DNA of 64,000 nucleotides from Oligoflexia bacterium (GCA_030432875.1 JAUILP010000007.1:3710-67709); one strand, 5' to 3'. Counted from the first letter of the stretch, positions 28,704-39,317 are shown. Notes: generated by a model from the letters alone, not told the origin. Numbers and translations are program-made.

Positions 28704-31700
28704 TTAAGGTTTTGGTGGCTGCTGACTTTCTGGCAATTCTCTGACGATACCTGCTCCGATATCAGGAAGATTGCGAGATTTTCCGAGAAAGGCGATGTTT
28801 AATTCTACGAGATAACTCGGATTGCGTCCCCGGGCGGTAATATCTTCATTGCGACGCAGTGATAAGCCCCAGCACCGGGAAGGATCGTTATACTGTGCTT
28901 TTAGTTCGCTACTAATGGTGCTGACACCTTGATCATTCTCATTTTTACGAACAAAGAGCTGAGTAGACCAATCAGGAATCAAAAAACTATAAAATCCGAT
29001 GGAACGCAAATAGCTACGAGAAAACGAACTTTGTAAAGAGCTGGTTTCTTCGCGAATTTTATCAATTTCATATCCAAATACAAATCGGGACTTAAAATAA
29101 CTTGGTGTTGAAAGACGAAAATCAAGCTCTCGTGTAAAGCGTTTACCCATATCGTATAAAACACGGTTGTAACCTAGCCACCGAGCATACGATAGAGTGG
29201 AAGTTGACGTAAGCGGGGTCCAGGGAAATAAGTCTTCTGGATTTTGTACCGTTTGCTGTTCTTTTTTTCGGCGTTCCTTCTCGAGATCATATTGGGTGTA
29301 TAGCTCCCAACTGGCAAAATAGGTATCAGCTTTGCTCATTAAGGTGAAATCTTCTTGTTCCGAAGCCAGTATATCGTGGTTGAGGTTTTGTGAATCTTGG
29401 TGGAGTATTTTTTCAAACTCGAGCTCTACTTTTTCTCTCTCTGACAGTAGGGGTTCGGGCGTTAGGGCAACTTCCGGGTCTTGATTTTCTGCCAAATTCG
29501 TTTCATTCTCTGGTTCTGTTTGTGTAGCAACGCCATTTTCACTTTTCTTCCATTGTTTTTTTGAGATACCCCACCGCTGAGTCAATTTTAATCCTAATGT
29601 TTTCGCCGGTAGCTGGTAATCACTTTGATAATAAGAATATTCAGCGTTAGATTTTATGACATCGAAATATCTTCCCTCAGTGACGACCACAGGCCGTAAG
29701 CTTGCCGTAACCTCAAAATCAATGAGATGCCTTAAAAAGTTTTGTGCGAAAACCCCCTGCCCACTGGAGTTGATCTCATAATTTTCTCCCAAATAAGCTC
29801 CCCCATCAATAGGCATGTAGAACCGAATCCCGTGGGCGACGGTTTTAAGTTCGGCTTTTTCTTTGGCCTCACCGCCAAACTGAATCTGTCTATCTTCAGC
29901 TTGGACAAAATGATTCATGACAAAAAAGCTTTTTGACACCAGGGGGGTAATGATCTCACCATGAAAGCGATTCCAAGAACCGTCCTCAGGCGTAGAAATA
30001 TTTATGCGTTCGGCTATTCCGGGATTTTCAGGGTCGAGACTAACAATGCGATTTAAACCTTGGTATTCGGAAATTTTTTGGGTTTCTAGGCCTAATTGAA
30101 CATAACTGGGCCAATTTAAGCTACTGGGCATGAGGTTAAAATAACGGCTCTTGAGTTTTAATGAAAAAGGCATTTGCTGCCCTTGAAATTTTTCATTGGT
30201 GTCAAGAACATCAGCAAAACTGCTCCCAGTGCTGGCATAATAAGAACGCCCATCGAGATGAAACTTCATTTTAGATTTTGCGTAAGCACGCGCATCATCT
30301 TGATAAAATAAAATATCAAAGGCGTCTTGGCCCGTTAGATCATCCTTTTCATTTTCTAAATACAAATCTTGAAGATACCTGTGGTCTGAAAGTAAATCAC
30401 CTTCACTCACAAGGCTTAGACGCGGGGCAAGATAAGTTAAACCCTTCCAGGTAATGCGGGACCGCCAAACATTATCGGGGGCGCTGAACTGATCGTCAAA
30501 TAGGGTTTGGCAAGCACGCATCAAAGCAGCGCTGTACTGAAGACACTGAGCAGGCGAAATAGCTTGCCCCCATTCTCCGACACCCCAATTGAGGTTTTCC
30601 CAGTACGAGCGGTCCATGAGCTTAGCTCGAACCAGATCGCGTCCATCAAGTCCTTCGGTAGCTGGTGGGGGATTATCTGGATTAAAAGCATAAGCCAAGC
30701 CTTCACTATGATAATACCGAAGGCTTTCTCGTAGCGCTCTATCGTCGACCCACTTGCGGTCATGCAAACCTTCAACGCGTAGCTGCCATCCTGATTCGCG
30801 TGTTTGCTCAAACCGAAATTCTGAACCCAGTTTTATGCCGCGGTTTTGCAGATAATCTATCTTAAATGTCGAATCATAGTGATCGGCTATGGCGAAAAAT
30901 ATCGGCTGTGAATACATGGTTCCCGTTTCACTGTCGTGACTAAAATAGGGGAGCAAAAAACCGGACTGCCTCTGGCCTTTTAGGGGTATTTTTAAATAAG
31001 GCATATAAAGAATCGGAACGCCTTTAACTTGCAAGATGGCATGCTTTAGGGAAAGATAGCCCTCGTTTTGAGCAAAGGCGTAAGAAGTCGAAAATCCCCA
31101 AGCGGGGTTGTCATCATCCTGGCAAAAACAAGGTGTCCAGGAGGCGTTGGTGGCAAAAAAATCATTGCCATTTTCTCTCTTAAGCTCATCACCATGCAGC
31201 TTAAAGTAGTATGCGGGTCCGGCAAACCCAAGGGGAGTTTTTTTCTTGCGTGAACTTTCCCAGTACTCCCGGCGCGCCGTTAACTTATTGCCAGATTTAT
31301 GGTTAGCTAAACTCGCAAAAGGATTAGGTGTTGTCGCGATTAAGCGCTCTTTTTCTGTAAGAGCCAAATATTTTTCAAGAGCCTTCTGGTCTTCTTGAGA
31401 ATTGACGCCATAATTTTTGATTGTTTTATTTTTAAGCTCTATTTTCTCAGCAGCAACTTTCGCTAACTGCGTTTTTCTATCGGCCTCATACTGCAATTCG
31501 CCAGGTGAAATACCCAACAGATCGTTGATAATCGCCGTTTGTCGACTGGTATCCCCCACGACCATTTGCGCATTAATGAGCTGAAAGTTTTCGTTTGCCA
31601 TATTATAGGTCAGCACATCACCGCTGTATACTATGGACCTCGTCGCAAGTAAAACATGACCCTTAGCGCGCAAAATTCGGGTATCATTGTTGATTTCAAT

Positions 31701-31925
31701 GTGATCCGCCGCTAATAAAATATCGCTCGCGATGGCAACGACATTTCCCTCAAAAAGCTGTTCTTTGCCCTGTTTATTGACGGTAGTGCTATCAGCATCT
31801 AAAAAAATATCAGAAATCGACTGACCTAAGGCTAGGTTTGCGCAGAACAAAAGCAGGAAAATAAGTAATCCTTGCCCCTTCAAGGAAGAAAATATTTTGA
31901 AAGAAGGGAATTTACCGAACCGCAA
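28704..31925 (-). CDS. lptD: LPS assembly protein LptD, long form
   Basis: N-terminal jellyroll (FEGNV, LRAKGHV), WTPC.C, GVPILYMPY, RQSGFLLP, late CWG. TTG start at 31925 follows GAGG; ORF track start is 32057. Confidence 0.85.
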   Translation of the reverse strand: MRFGKFPSFKIFSSLKGQGLLIFLLLFCANLALGQSISDIFLDADSTTVNKQGKEQLFEGNVVAIASDILLAADHIEINNDTRILRAKGHVLLATRSIVYSGDVLTYNMANENFQLINAQMVVGDTSRQTAIINDLLGISPGELQYEADRKTQLAKVAAEKIELKNKTIKNYGVNSQEDQKALEKYLALTEKERLIATTPNPFASLANHKSGNKLTARREYWESSRKKKTPLGFAGPAYYFKLHGDELKRENGNDFFATNASWTPCFCQDDDNPAWGFSTSYAFAQNEGYLSLKHAILQVKGVPILYMPYLKIPLKGQRQSGFLLPYFSHDSETGTMYSQPIFFAIADHYDSTFKIDYLQNRGIKLGSEFRFEQTRESGWQLRVEGLHDRKWVDDRALRESLRYYHSEGLAYAFNPDNPPPATEGLDGRDLVRAKLMDRSYWENLNWGVGEWGQAISPAQCLQYSAALMRACQTLFDDQFSAPDNVWRSRITWKGLTYLAPRLSLVSEGDLLSDHRYLQDLYLENEKDDLTGQDAFDILFYQDDARAYAKSKMKFHLDGRSYYASTGSSFADVLDTNEKFQGQQMPFSLKLKSRYFNLMPSSLNWPSYVQLGLETQKISEYQGLNRIVSLDPENPGIAERINISTPEDGSWNRFHGEIITPLVSKSFFVMNHFVQAEDRQIQFGGEAKEKAELKTVAHGIRFYMPIDGGAYLGENYEINSSGQGVFAQNFLRHLIDFEVTASLRPVVVTEGRYFDVIKSNAEYSYYQSDYQLPAKTLGLKLTQRWGISKKQWKKSENGVATQTEPENETNLAENQDPEVALTPEPLLSEREKVELEFEKILHQDSQNLNHDILASEQEDFTLMSKADTYFASWELYTQYDLEKERRKKEQQTVQNPEDLFPWTPLTSTSTLSYARWLGYNRVLYDMGKRFTRELDFRLSTPSYFKSRFVFGYEIDKIREETSSLQSSFSRSYLRSIGFYSFLIPDWSTQLFVRKNENDQGVSTISSELKAQYNDPSRCWGLSLRRNEDITARGRNPSYLVELNIAFLGKSRNLPDIGAGIVRELPESQQPPKP

Positions 31926-32165
31926 ATATACCTCTAAAATAATCAGGTGCTTAAGAACTGTTAATGGCAGAGCACGCAAAAATCGCCAAATATAGGCATA
32001 AAAATCCAATAACCAAGAGTCCAGAATGTTTCGGAATCTATCGTTTGCAGGCAACATAATGAAAATATACCAAAACTGGCGGGCCTACACCTTTATCCCT
32101 ATTTTCCACGTTAATGGCTTAGGCAAAAAATGTGAAGGAAAATGAGTGGTTTCCAATCACAATGA

Positions 32166-32846
32166 TCAAAAAATCTGATCCCAGCTGGCTTTCAAGCTAA
32201 GCGCTTCAGGGAGACCGAAGCGCAAACTTGGATTGATCTGACTCAAGTCTAGTGAAATAGCATTTAAAGCAATTTCATTTTCTTTTAAAAAATTTACTGG
32301 TTTCCCCCCATAAAGACTATCCCCGACTATAGGGAAACCATGATGCGCTAGGGAAAAACGAATTTGATGAGAGCGACCTGTTAAGGGTGTAATTTCCCAC
32401 GCCAAAAAATTTTCTTCATTTAGGCGGCGTGTTCCTATAAATCGTGCTTCTGTAATCGCAGGTTTTCCCGCTATTTCATGAATATAGGCGCGTTTTTTTC
32501 CTCTCAATATTTTCATTTCCCAGTGATGAATTTTGTTCTTATCAGCGTCTTCTGGAGCATCACCCGAGCTTAGCGCCTTGTACTGTTTTTTTATCAGGCG
32601 TTTTTCAAACCAGGTATTTGCGGTGGTGTGCGCCTTTGCATTCTTAGCAAATAGGATAAGTCCTCTGACCTCATAGTCTAGCCTATGCACGGGGAGTATT
32701 TTGATCGCATTGATCTCCTTTAGATGTTCGGAAAGACAGGGACGCACATCATCTTTTCCCATGCGTCCTGGCACGCTCAGAACCCCATGCGGCTTGTCCA
32801 GCACTAAAAAGTCTTCATTTTCAAAAACGGTGACGATATTCATCAT
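32166..32846 (-). CDS. RluA-family pseudouridine synthase
   Basis: DKPHG, VHRLD, TGRSHQIR, PIVGDSLY. Confidence 0.93.
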   Translation of the reverse strand: MMNIVTVFENEDFLVLDKPHGVLSVPGRMGKDDVRPCLSEHLKEINAIKILPVHRLDYEVRGLILFAKNAKAHTTANTWFEKRLIKKQYKALSSGDAPEDADKNKIHHWEMKILRGKKRAYIHEIAGKPAITEARFIGTRRLNEENFLAWEITPLTGRSHQIRFSLAHHGFPIVGDSLYGGKPVNFLKENEIALNAISLDLSQINPSLRFGLPEALSLKASWDQIF

Positions 32847-32849
32847 AAA

Positions 32850-34136
32850 TTACATATTATCCTTTTGATTGTGCGAGGAGAGATCGATTTTTTTTCCCCT
32901 CGCATAAACTTCAGAGGGTTGGGTCTGGCCAAAATCATAGAGCCAGTCCTGCCACGATAGCAGAGATGTGTAAGCCGTTATATCAGCATCACTGCCCACA
33001 CACAATGATCCTTTGGTTGCTTGATATCCCAAAGATTTTGCCGCGGTATAAGTCACCCCCAAAAGACAAAGCGCGGGATCTAGGCCCGAATGTACAGCTG
33101 CCATACCAGCAATTTGACTTAAGTTCATGATTTGGCATGAGCCTGGATTCAAGTCACTCGCAACCGCAATTTCGCATCCTAAAGCACTAATTTTCTTCGC
33201 ATCGGTGAACCCAATTTTTGTAAAGAGCGAAGTCCCTGGCAAAATGGTCGCCGTGCAGTCATGCTTTGCCATTTCTTTTAGACCTTTTTCGCTGGCAAAC
33301 TGGAGATGATCCGCAGATTTTGCACGCCATTTTCCGGCAAATTCGGCGGCACCTGCGGCACTAAATTCATCAGCATGTATGCGCAGATCAAGACCAGCAT
33401 CTATAACCGCCCTGGCATAATTATCACATTCCTCGGCGCTAAAATAACCAGCCTCAATAAAAACATCAAAAGCATCAGCAAGTTTTTCTTTTGCGGCAAG
33501 AGGGATGAGTTTTTTTACGACCTCATCGATATACATTCTGTTATCAGGAATTTCAGGTGAAGAGGCATGCAGAGGTAGACAGGTAATATATAGCGAACCG
33601 GCAAATGTTTCTTTTGCTTTTTTTAGTATTTTTAGGTGCCGTATTTCTTCAGCTATGCTCAGGCCATAACCTGTTTTAGCTTCTATAGTCGTTATGCCAA
33701 AACCCAGCATGAGATTGAGTCTCCTAAGCGTCAATTCTAGGAGTTCATCGTCAGATGCTTTTCTCGTTTGCTCTACAGTATAGCGTATGCCGCCTCCCTC
33801 ACGCGCAATGTCTTGATAGCTTTTTCCCTGGAGGCGCTGAACAAACTCGCTAGCCCTCGAGCCCGCAAAAACAGGGTGCGTGTGGCTATCGACGAATCCG
33901 GGCATAACCAGGCCGCCACGGGCATCGACTCCTTGCCATGTAGAGTACTGCGCCTCAACATCGCTAGACCCAAGTCCCACAATTTTGCCTCGCTGGCAGG
34001 CAATCCAGGCATTTTTTTTAATATGCAAAAGATTCTCTGCGTCTTTGCCTGCTAGCCCTGCAGTCTTGCCCTGTTCAAAAGCACCGCAATTGGTAACGAG
34101 TTCGCCAATATTTTTAATAATAAATTCATCATTCAT
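32850..34136 (-). CDS. hutI: Imidazolonepropionase
   Basis: PGFVDSHTH, EAKTGYGL, HADEF, SADHL, ASDLNPGS. Confidence 0.93.
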   Translation of the reverse strand: MNDEFIIKNIGELVTNCGAFEQGKTAGLAGKDAENLLHIKKNAWIACQRGKIVGLGSSDVEAQYSTWQGVDARGGLVMPGFVDSHTHPVFAGSRASEFVQRLQGKSYQDIAREGGGIRYTVEQTRKASDDELLELTLRRLNLMLGFGITTIEAKTGYGLSIAEEIRHLKILKKAKETFAGSLYITCLPLHASSPEIPDNRMYIDEVVKKLIPLAAKEKLADAFDVFIEAGYFSAEECDNYARAVIDAGLDLRIHADEFSAAGAAEFAGKWRAKSADHLQFASEKGLKEMAKHDCTATILPGTSLFTKIGFTDAKKISALGCEIAVASDLNPGSCQIMNLSQIAGMAAVHSGLDPALCLLGVTYTAAKSLGYQATKGSLCVGSDADITAYTSLLSWQDWLYDFGQTQPSEVYARGKKIDLSSHNQKDNM

Positions 34137-34165
34137 CTTTGTTTACCACTCTCTCCAAATAGGGA

Positions 34166-35629
34166 CTAAGACTCCATTTGGTTAATATCTATCATCCACT
34201 CTGTGCCTTCAGGGCTGTCTCTGAGTATTAAGCCCCAGGCCATGAGTTTGTTGCGAATTTCATCAGCCTGAGCATAGTATTTACTGAGACGGGCTTCATT
34301 GCGCAGCACAATATTTTGCTTTACTTCATCAGCAGAGATATTTATTTTTTTTAGGTACCGCTCTTTTAGATTCGCCACAAATATCTTCGGGTCTTCTTGA
34401 AACAGCGTTAAAACAGCGCCTAGCTCACGAAATTTTGCCGCAAGTTGTGCTGCAGTAGCGTCTCGTTCGGGACTGATTTTTTTTGAAAATATTTCTTGCG
34501 CCTTCTTAAATTCTTTGTTTAGGAGGGCTAGAGTGGTTGCTGTATTAAAATCCTCACACATTGATTTTTTAAAAGACTCTTCTATCTCTTGCGGTGAAAA
34601 TCCTGGAAGAAGCGCTGTTTTGACCGCGGTGTTTCCCAAGGCGTCAAGCCTCAGTAACGTTTCATAATAATATATCAGACGGCCAAGGGCTTTTTGAAAT
34701 ACCTTTTGACTAAAGTCTATATTAGACGCGTAGTGGTGACTCAGAACGGCTATTTTTAAAACTTCTGCGGGCCAGTCTCGTAAAAAATCCTTGATGCTGA
34801 TGTGATTGCCTAAGCTCTTGGACATTTTTTGCTCATTTATCGTCATTAAGCCTGAATGGATCCAGTAGTTAGCAAATGGTGCGGTGTTGGCTGATTCAGA
34901 CTGGGCAATTTCATTTTCGTGGTGCGGAAACATGAGGTCTCTCCCCCCACCATGAATATCAAAGGTATCGCCTAAAAATTTTTTTGCCATGACGCTACAC
35001 TCGATGTGCCATCCCGGGCGACCCACGCCCCAAGGACTTGCCCAGCTGGCATCTTCTGTTTGATCATTTTTCCACAGCGCAAAGTCAAGAGGGTCTTCTT
35101 TCTCGCCTTCTACGAGATCACGAGAGCCGCTAATAAGTTCATCTAAATTGCGGTTAGAAAGTTTGCCATAATCCTTCTTTTGCCTAACGCGGTAATAGAC
35201 ATCACCACTTTGGCTGGGATAAGCGGCGTTTTTTTCGATGAGCCCTGTGATCATAGCAATAATCTCAGGAATATAATCTGAGACTTTGGGAGTAAAATTG
35301 GCGCCTTTTAAACCCAAATTTTTGATATCCTCACTTTCTGAAGCGATCATGTCACTTGAAAGCCTTAGGGGGGATATACCCATTTCTTGCGCGCGTTTGA
35401 TGATTTTGTCATCAATATCCGTGTAATTGCGCACATAAGTGACCTCAAAATCCAGATGTTCTAAAAAATTGCGGATAACTTCAAAGAAAATCGCCTGCAT
35501 GGCATGACCAATATGACAGTGATCATAAACGGTTACGCCGCAGGCATACATTTTGACTTGCTTGGGATTTACCGGGGTAAAGATTTCTTTTCGCTTAGTT
35601 AAATTATTGGTTATCAAAATCTTGTGCAC
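34166..35629 (-). CDS. cysS: Cysteine--tRNA ligase
   Basis: HIGH, GRPGWHIECS, FPHHENE, KMSKS; GTG start after AGGAGA. Confidence 0.97.
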   Translation of the reverse strand: MHKILITNNLTKRKEIFTPVNPKQVKMYACGVTVYDHCHIGHAMQAIFFEVIRNFLEHLDFEVTYVRNYTDIDDKIIKRAQEMGISPLRLSSDMIASESEDIKNLGLKGANFTPKVSDYIPEIIAMITGLIEKNAAYPSQSGDVYYRVRQKKDYGKLSNRNLDELISGSRDLVEGEKEDPLDFALWKNDQTEDASWASPWGVGRPGWHIECSVMAKKFLGDTFDIHGGGRDLMFPHHENEIAQSESANTAPFANYWIHSGLMTINEQKMSKSLGNHISIKDFLRDWPAEVLKIAVLSHHYASNIDFSQKVFQKALGRLIYYYETLLRLDALGNTAVKTALLPGFSPQEIEESFKKSMCEDFNTATTLALLNKEFKKAQEIFSKKISPERDATAAQLAAKFRELGAVLTLFQEDPKIFVANLKERYLKKINISADEVKQNIVLRNEARLSKYYAQADEIRNKLMAWGLILRDSPEGTEWMIDINQMES

Positions 35630-35708
35630 ATCTTCTCCTAAGTCCAAGTAATAATAAGATTTAATAAAACAATTCCCAGGATAACGCAAAACCTTAGCAG
35701 AGTATATT

Positions 35709-35735
35709 TCAAGTTTTTTAGGTTCATCCCGAAAA
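35709..35735 (+). promoter_or_regulatory. Sigma28-like promoter
   Basis: TCAAGTTT-N11-CCCGAAAA upstream of 35769. Confidence 0.4.
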
Positions 35736-35768
35736 AGGAAAGAAACAGCACTGTAGGGTGGCTAGCAA

Positions 35769-36101
35769 ATGTATAATGTTCCTGCAAATAATATTAACAT
35801 TCAAAACATCAGGCTTTATTTTGAAGCGGTGGCTCGCGACCAAATAGACAGTCGGCAGATTGCGCGAAAAACCCACGATTTACTTAGGCTTCGGGATAGG
35901 CTTTATGTGCTACCGCAAATCGAATTTGATGCTGCCATTAAAACTATGGAGATGCTTTGCCATTCTCCGGACGCTACTCGTGAGGCTCCTAATGCGTCGC
36001 GAAATAACCTAAGCATGGAAAATGCCCTTCAACTTTATGACCAGGTGAAGGAGTTGAGTGTTGGTGGCGATAAAATAAGCGGACCTGCCAAAGTATCATA
36101 G
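35769..36101 (+). CDS. Hypothetical protein
   Basis: 110-aa ORF with plausible RBS and promoter. Confidence 0.6.
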   Translation: MYNVPANNINIQNIRLYFEAVARDQIDSRQIARKTHDLLRLRDRLYVLPQIEFDAAIKTMEMLCHSPDATREAPNASRNNLSMENALQLYDQVKELSVGGDKISGPAKVS

Positions 36102-36163
36102 CTAATTTTGCACCATATTTATCACGTAATAGCAATATTCCTCAGAGTTTATAAATATTTACT

Positions 36164-36190
36164 TAAGCCTATAGATCCAGACTCCGATAA
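36164..36190 (+). promoter_or_regulatory. Sigma28-like promoter
   Basis: TAAG-N15-TCCGATAA upstream of ATG 36228. Confidence 0.5.
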
Positions 36191-36227
36191 GAATTTGATG
36201 ATTTTTTTTTCCTTAAGGGGTTTGGGT

Positions 36228-37049
36228 ATGTTTTTTTTATTTAAGAAAACTAATTTTTCTCAGCTTGCCGTACTGGCTACTTTGGGTTTAGCCACCAATT
36301 TTTGTGCCAAAGAAAGCAAAAATCAAGTTCAGTTTGTCGGACGCAATCCAGAGGGCGCAAGCGATGAGTATACGGCCCCTCCAGAAGATTATAATCCAGA
36401 AAATGGCTATAAAGGTTCCGCTGGTGGCGATGAGGGTGGCGTCGGATCTGATCCAGATGGTGATGGTGGGGGGGACTCTGATGGCGTAGACACGGATGTT
36501 CCTTTAGACCGAGTTGAAAACGGTTTTCGTAGCACGGAAAATCCTGAGGATTGCCTTTTAAATTCTTCGTCCGATCAATTTGTCGAGTTCCCCTGGCCAG
36601 ACGACATTCTGACCTGTTATCAAAGCGGAAAACTCTATAATTTTGCCACCAAAAAGTGCGCTGTGGCGGCTTCTATGCAAAGTTTCCCCATTGCCGAAGC
36701 TGACTCTAGCGTAAAAGCCGTAATGGCGACTAACCAGCAAACGACTTTGGGGTGCAATTGGGATGATGCCCTTACGGTTCAGTCTGTTTTTATGGATCCC
36801 AAGGGCCAAATGAGCCATATTGGCGTTGCCGAGAAAAATGATAAAGCAAAAATAGTTGGATGCTCTGAGATTGATGGAGATAGGTATTATCAGATTATTA
36901 TCCAGTACTGGTACCCAACTGATATAGATGTGAAAGCGTGCAAAGTTGCTGATAATTGGCGGATTTATACATCGTGCCGCCAAAAATATAAGGCAGGTAT
37001 TACAAAGGGACTTTCGTGGGAAGCGTGTTTAGACTATACCGGTGACTAG
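36228..37049 (+). CDS. Cys-rich hypothetical lipoprotein with a Gly/Asp-rich linker
   Basis: Signal peptide ending TNFC, GGDEGG...GDGGGDSDG linker, 7 further Cys. ORF track start is 36108. Confidence 0.7.
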   Translation: MFFLFKKTNFSQLAVLATLGLATNFCAKESKNQVQFVGRNPEGASDEYTAPPEDYNPENGYKGSAGGDEGGVGSDPDGDGGGDSDGVDTDVPLDRVENGFRSTENPEDCLLNSSSDQFVEFPWPDDILTCYQSGKLYNFATKKCAVAASMQSFPIAEADSSVKAVMATNQQTTLGCNWDDALTVQSVFMDPKGQMSHIGVAEKNDKAKIVGCSEIDGDRYYQIIIQYWYPTDIDVKACKVADNWRIYTSCRQKYKAGITKGLSWEACLDYTGD

Positions 37050-37177
37050 TACTACTCCGTTAAATTGGCTACACCTGTGTTGCTCGCCCGGGAAAAATGC
37101 TCATTTACCTCAATGTAAACTCCGCTTTTCCCCCATCCTCGCGCCTTGTTCTCTAAAGTTTAACAGAGCAGTACTAG
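37046..37177. mobile_element. 132-bp MITE/palindromic-element-like insertion
   Basis: Terminal inverted repeats CTAGTACTACTCCGTTAAATT / CTAGTACTGCTCTGTTAAACT (18/21); CTAG at both ends; central TTTAC-N6-GTAAA hairpin. Confidence 0.7.
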
Positions 37178-37268
37178 AAAGCGTTATCTCCGCATTCTTT
37201 TCGGCAAAAATTAGGTTGGTATGCCAATGTTTCGGGACCTTAGCCAATAATTCATTTGAGTTCAATTA

Positions 37269-37320
37269 ACAGACTTGGTTTTGATGTACATCACGGGTTT
37301 TTGGTGCTCTGAGATTGGGG
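37269..37320 (+). repeat. Left copy of a 52-bp inverted repeat
   Basis: 43/52 identical to the reverse complement of 39318-39369. Confidence 0.75.
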
Positions 37321-37380
37321 CGCTATCCTATTGCATCCTGAGATTGCTCGGCATCACTTGGTGCATGGGATTTTTTAAGC

Positions 37381-38991
37381 TTATATCGAGCACCGGAACG
37401 TCACCTGTCCTAGGTCACTTTGGCCCGAAATGAGCATTTCTGTGTTAAACCCTTTTTGCATAGTAGTCAGAGCATAAGTAAATAGGGGCACTTGCTCATT
37501 AAGTCTATGGACCAGATAGCCGTTATCTGTAAGGAGCATCTGAGCCGTGATACCTTGAATATTGTTCAACTTGCTGCCATCCAAAACGAGGACAACCTCA
37601 TTAAAATATCGGTAAAAGTGTAAAACCAATTTGATTTGCGGTAGCGCGAAACTGCGCAAAAAAGTTAAATGGGTGGTGGGGAGTCCGGGGAGTGGTATGA
37701 TCCCGCCTAAAGTGCCTAAAAAATCAATTTGTTGTTCCTCTTCATTTGCCGATTTTAAAAAACAGCTAATATCTTCTAGCTTTGTTTCATCGGTCGCCTC
37801 AGCGTTCCAAGATTCTTTTGGCAGGCGTGTGACATAAGAATTTAAAAGTTTATAATAGTACAGGCGGGGTAAAGCTTTTTCTTCTGTGTCATTAAGTCGC
37901 TTAACAGAAATTTCTAAAAGCACTAAAGCATCATTTCTGATGGTATTTAAAGAGGAATAGATTTCTTCAATGTTATTGTTTGAAGGATCTTCAGAACAAA
38001 ATTTAGTGACCAAATCTTTAAATAGCTCTAGCTGAAGGGCTAGGTTCTTTTGCGTTTTTTCTAGTGAGATAAATAAGCTGGGCTTTAGAAGTAAACCCCA
38101 ATTTGTTTGGAAAGTATCACGCATAATTTTGCCGCAAAGTGATGTCTTTGTCACATTGTGAAAGCTTCCAGAAAATATAGTAAATAAACTTTCGTCGATC
38201 TGCGAGATCAACTGACTTACCTGCTCTGCCCAGTCTCGCTGTAAGGTAAATTCTGTATTGACCAGGTCATTGTATTTGAAAAAACCATTTTGAAGAATGA
38301 CCGAGTCTTTCGCGGTCAGTCCTGCCAAGCGTCCAATTTCTCTATATAAAAGCGAAATCAATTTCGCCTCAATCATAGATTCGGGAAAGGCTAAAACAAC
38401 ATTGCGACTAATACAAATAGTGCCATCAGGGATCAATTTGGCGTCGACGCTTTTATTTTCGATAAGACAGCCATCTGAAAAAATAATTTTTACTGAGTTA
38501 TCTATAAAATTAATCAATTCCAGGTTATTTGGGCGTAATTTAATAAAATGACTAAGGACGCTTAAAAACTCTGGCGCTAGAGATAAACGAGCTGAAATAT
38601 CACTTTGGTTGTTTACTAACTTGTGAAATCGCAAAAAGCTGCTTCTAAAATTTTTAATAAGTTGCATTTTAATTTCATCTAATGCTTCTGGTTCGGTTAA
38701 ACGTGGAATGATGTCTGTATAATTAGTTGGAGGGGCATTTTTTGAACCCTCTTCAGGGGCAGGGGAAATATCTTTTTTAGGTGCAGCCTTTACCGGTTTA
38801 TAAACTTTGATGCTTGTATCTTGGCCTGATGAAAAAGGTGTTTTCCCAGCACTTTTAGAGCCAACTTCGGCCTCAGCATCTGCTGAAGGGGGCAAATTTG
38901 AAATCTCTAGCTGGGCCTCAGCATGCTGAGCCGATTTTTTGGCTAAACATCCAATGGTGAACATTAAAAAGAGTGTAGCTATTTTTAGCAT
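37381..38991 (-). CDS. Large hypothetical lipoprotein, possibly a degenerate zincin
   Basis: MLKIATLFLMFTIGC lipobox; ICIS...LLYREIGRLAG. ORF track start is 39051. Confidence 0.7.
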   Translation of the reverse strand: MLKIATLFLMFTIGCLAKKSAQHAEAQLEISNLPPSADAEAEVGSKSAGKTPFSSGQDTSIKVYKPVKAAPKKDISPAPEEGSKNAPPTNYTDIIPRLTEPEALDEIKMQLIKNFRSSFLRFHKLVNNQSDISARLSLAPEFLSVLSHFIKLRPNNLELINFIDNSVKIIFSDGCLIENKSVDAKLIPDGTICISRNVVLAFPESMIEAKLISLLYREIGRLAGLTAKDSVILQNGFFKYNDLVNTEFTLQRDWAEQVSQLISQIDESLFTIFSGSFHNVTKTSLCGKIMRDTFQTNWGLLLKPSLFISLEKTQKNLALQLELFKDLVTKFCSEDPSNNNIEEIYSSLNTIRNDALVLLEISVKRLNDTEEKALPRLYYYKLLNSYVTRLPKESWNAEATDETKLEDISCFLKSANEEEQQIDFLGTLGGIIPLPGLPTTHLTFLRSFALPQIKLVLHFYRYFNEVVLVLDGSKLNNIQGITAQMLLTDNGYLVHRLNEQVPLFTYALTTMQKGFNTEMLISGQSDLGQVTFRCSI

Positions 38992-39317
38992 TAAGTTTCC
39001 TAAAATGGGTCTTGCGCATTCTAAGCCATCATGGTTAATCCTGCGATTCAAAAACGGTAAGGAGAAGGTTTTTTAAAGTTATACCTTAAATTTTATCAGC
39101 TATTTTCGGATCAGAAAAGGCGTTGAACTGTAAATATTTAATAATTAAGCCAAAAAAAAATAAATCGTTCTCGACTATATGGGGATCTGTTTTTTTCCTA
39201 TGCGTCATAAGGTCAGGCTTTTTTGGCTTTTGCTGCAAATGCTAGAGGAAAACTTTTACGATTAGAGCGTTTTATTAAACTTTTTAAACGCCAAGACCCT
39301 GATCTCATACGCCCGCT

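Noticed and set aside
37042-37269. 75-aa ORF
   Set aside because: It lies over the MITE-like element and is probably a by-product of the repeat.
37269-37320. Translation LVLMYITGFWCSEIG resembling tyrosine recombinase box I (TGxRxSE)
   Set aside because: The catalytic Arg is absent in both copies, one copy has a stop, and no flanking integrase-like sequence is visible; too short to support.
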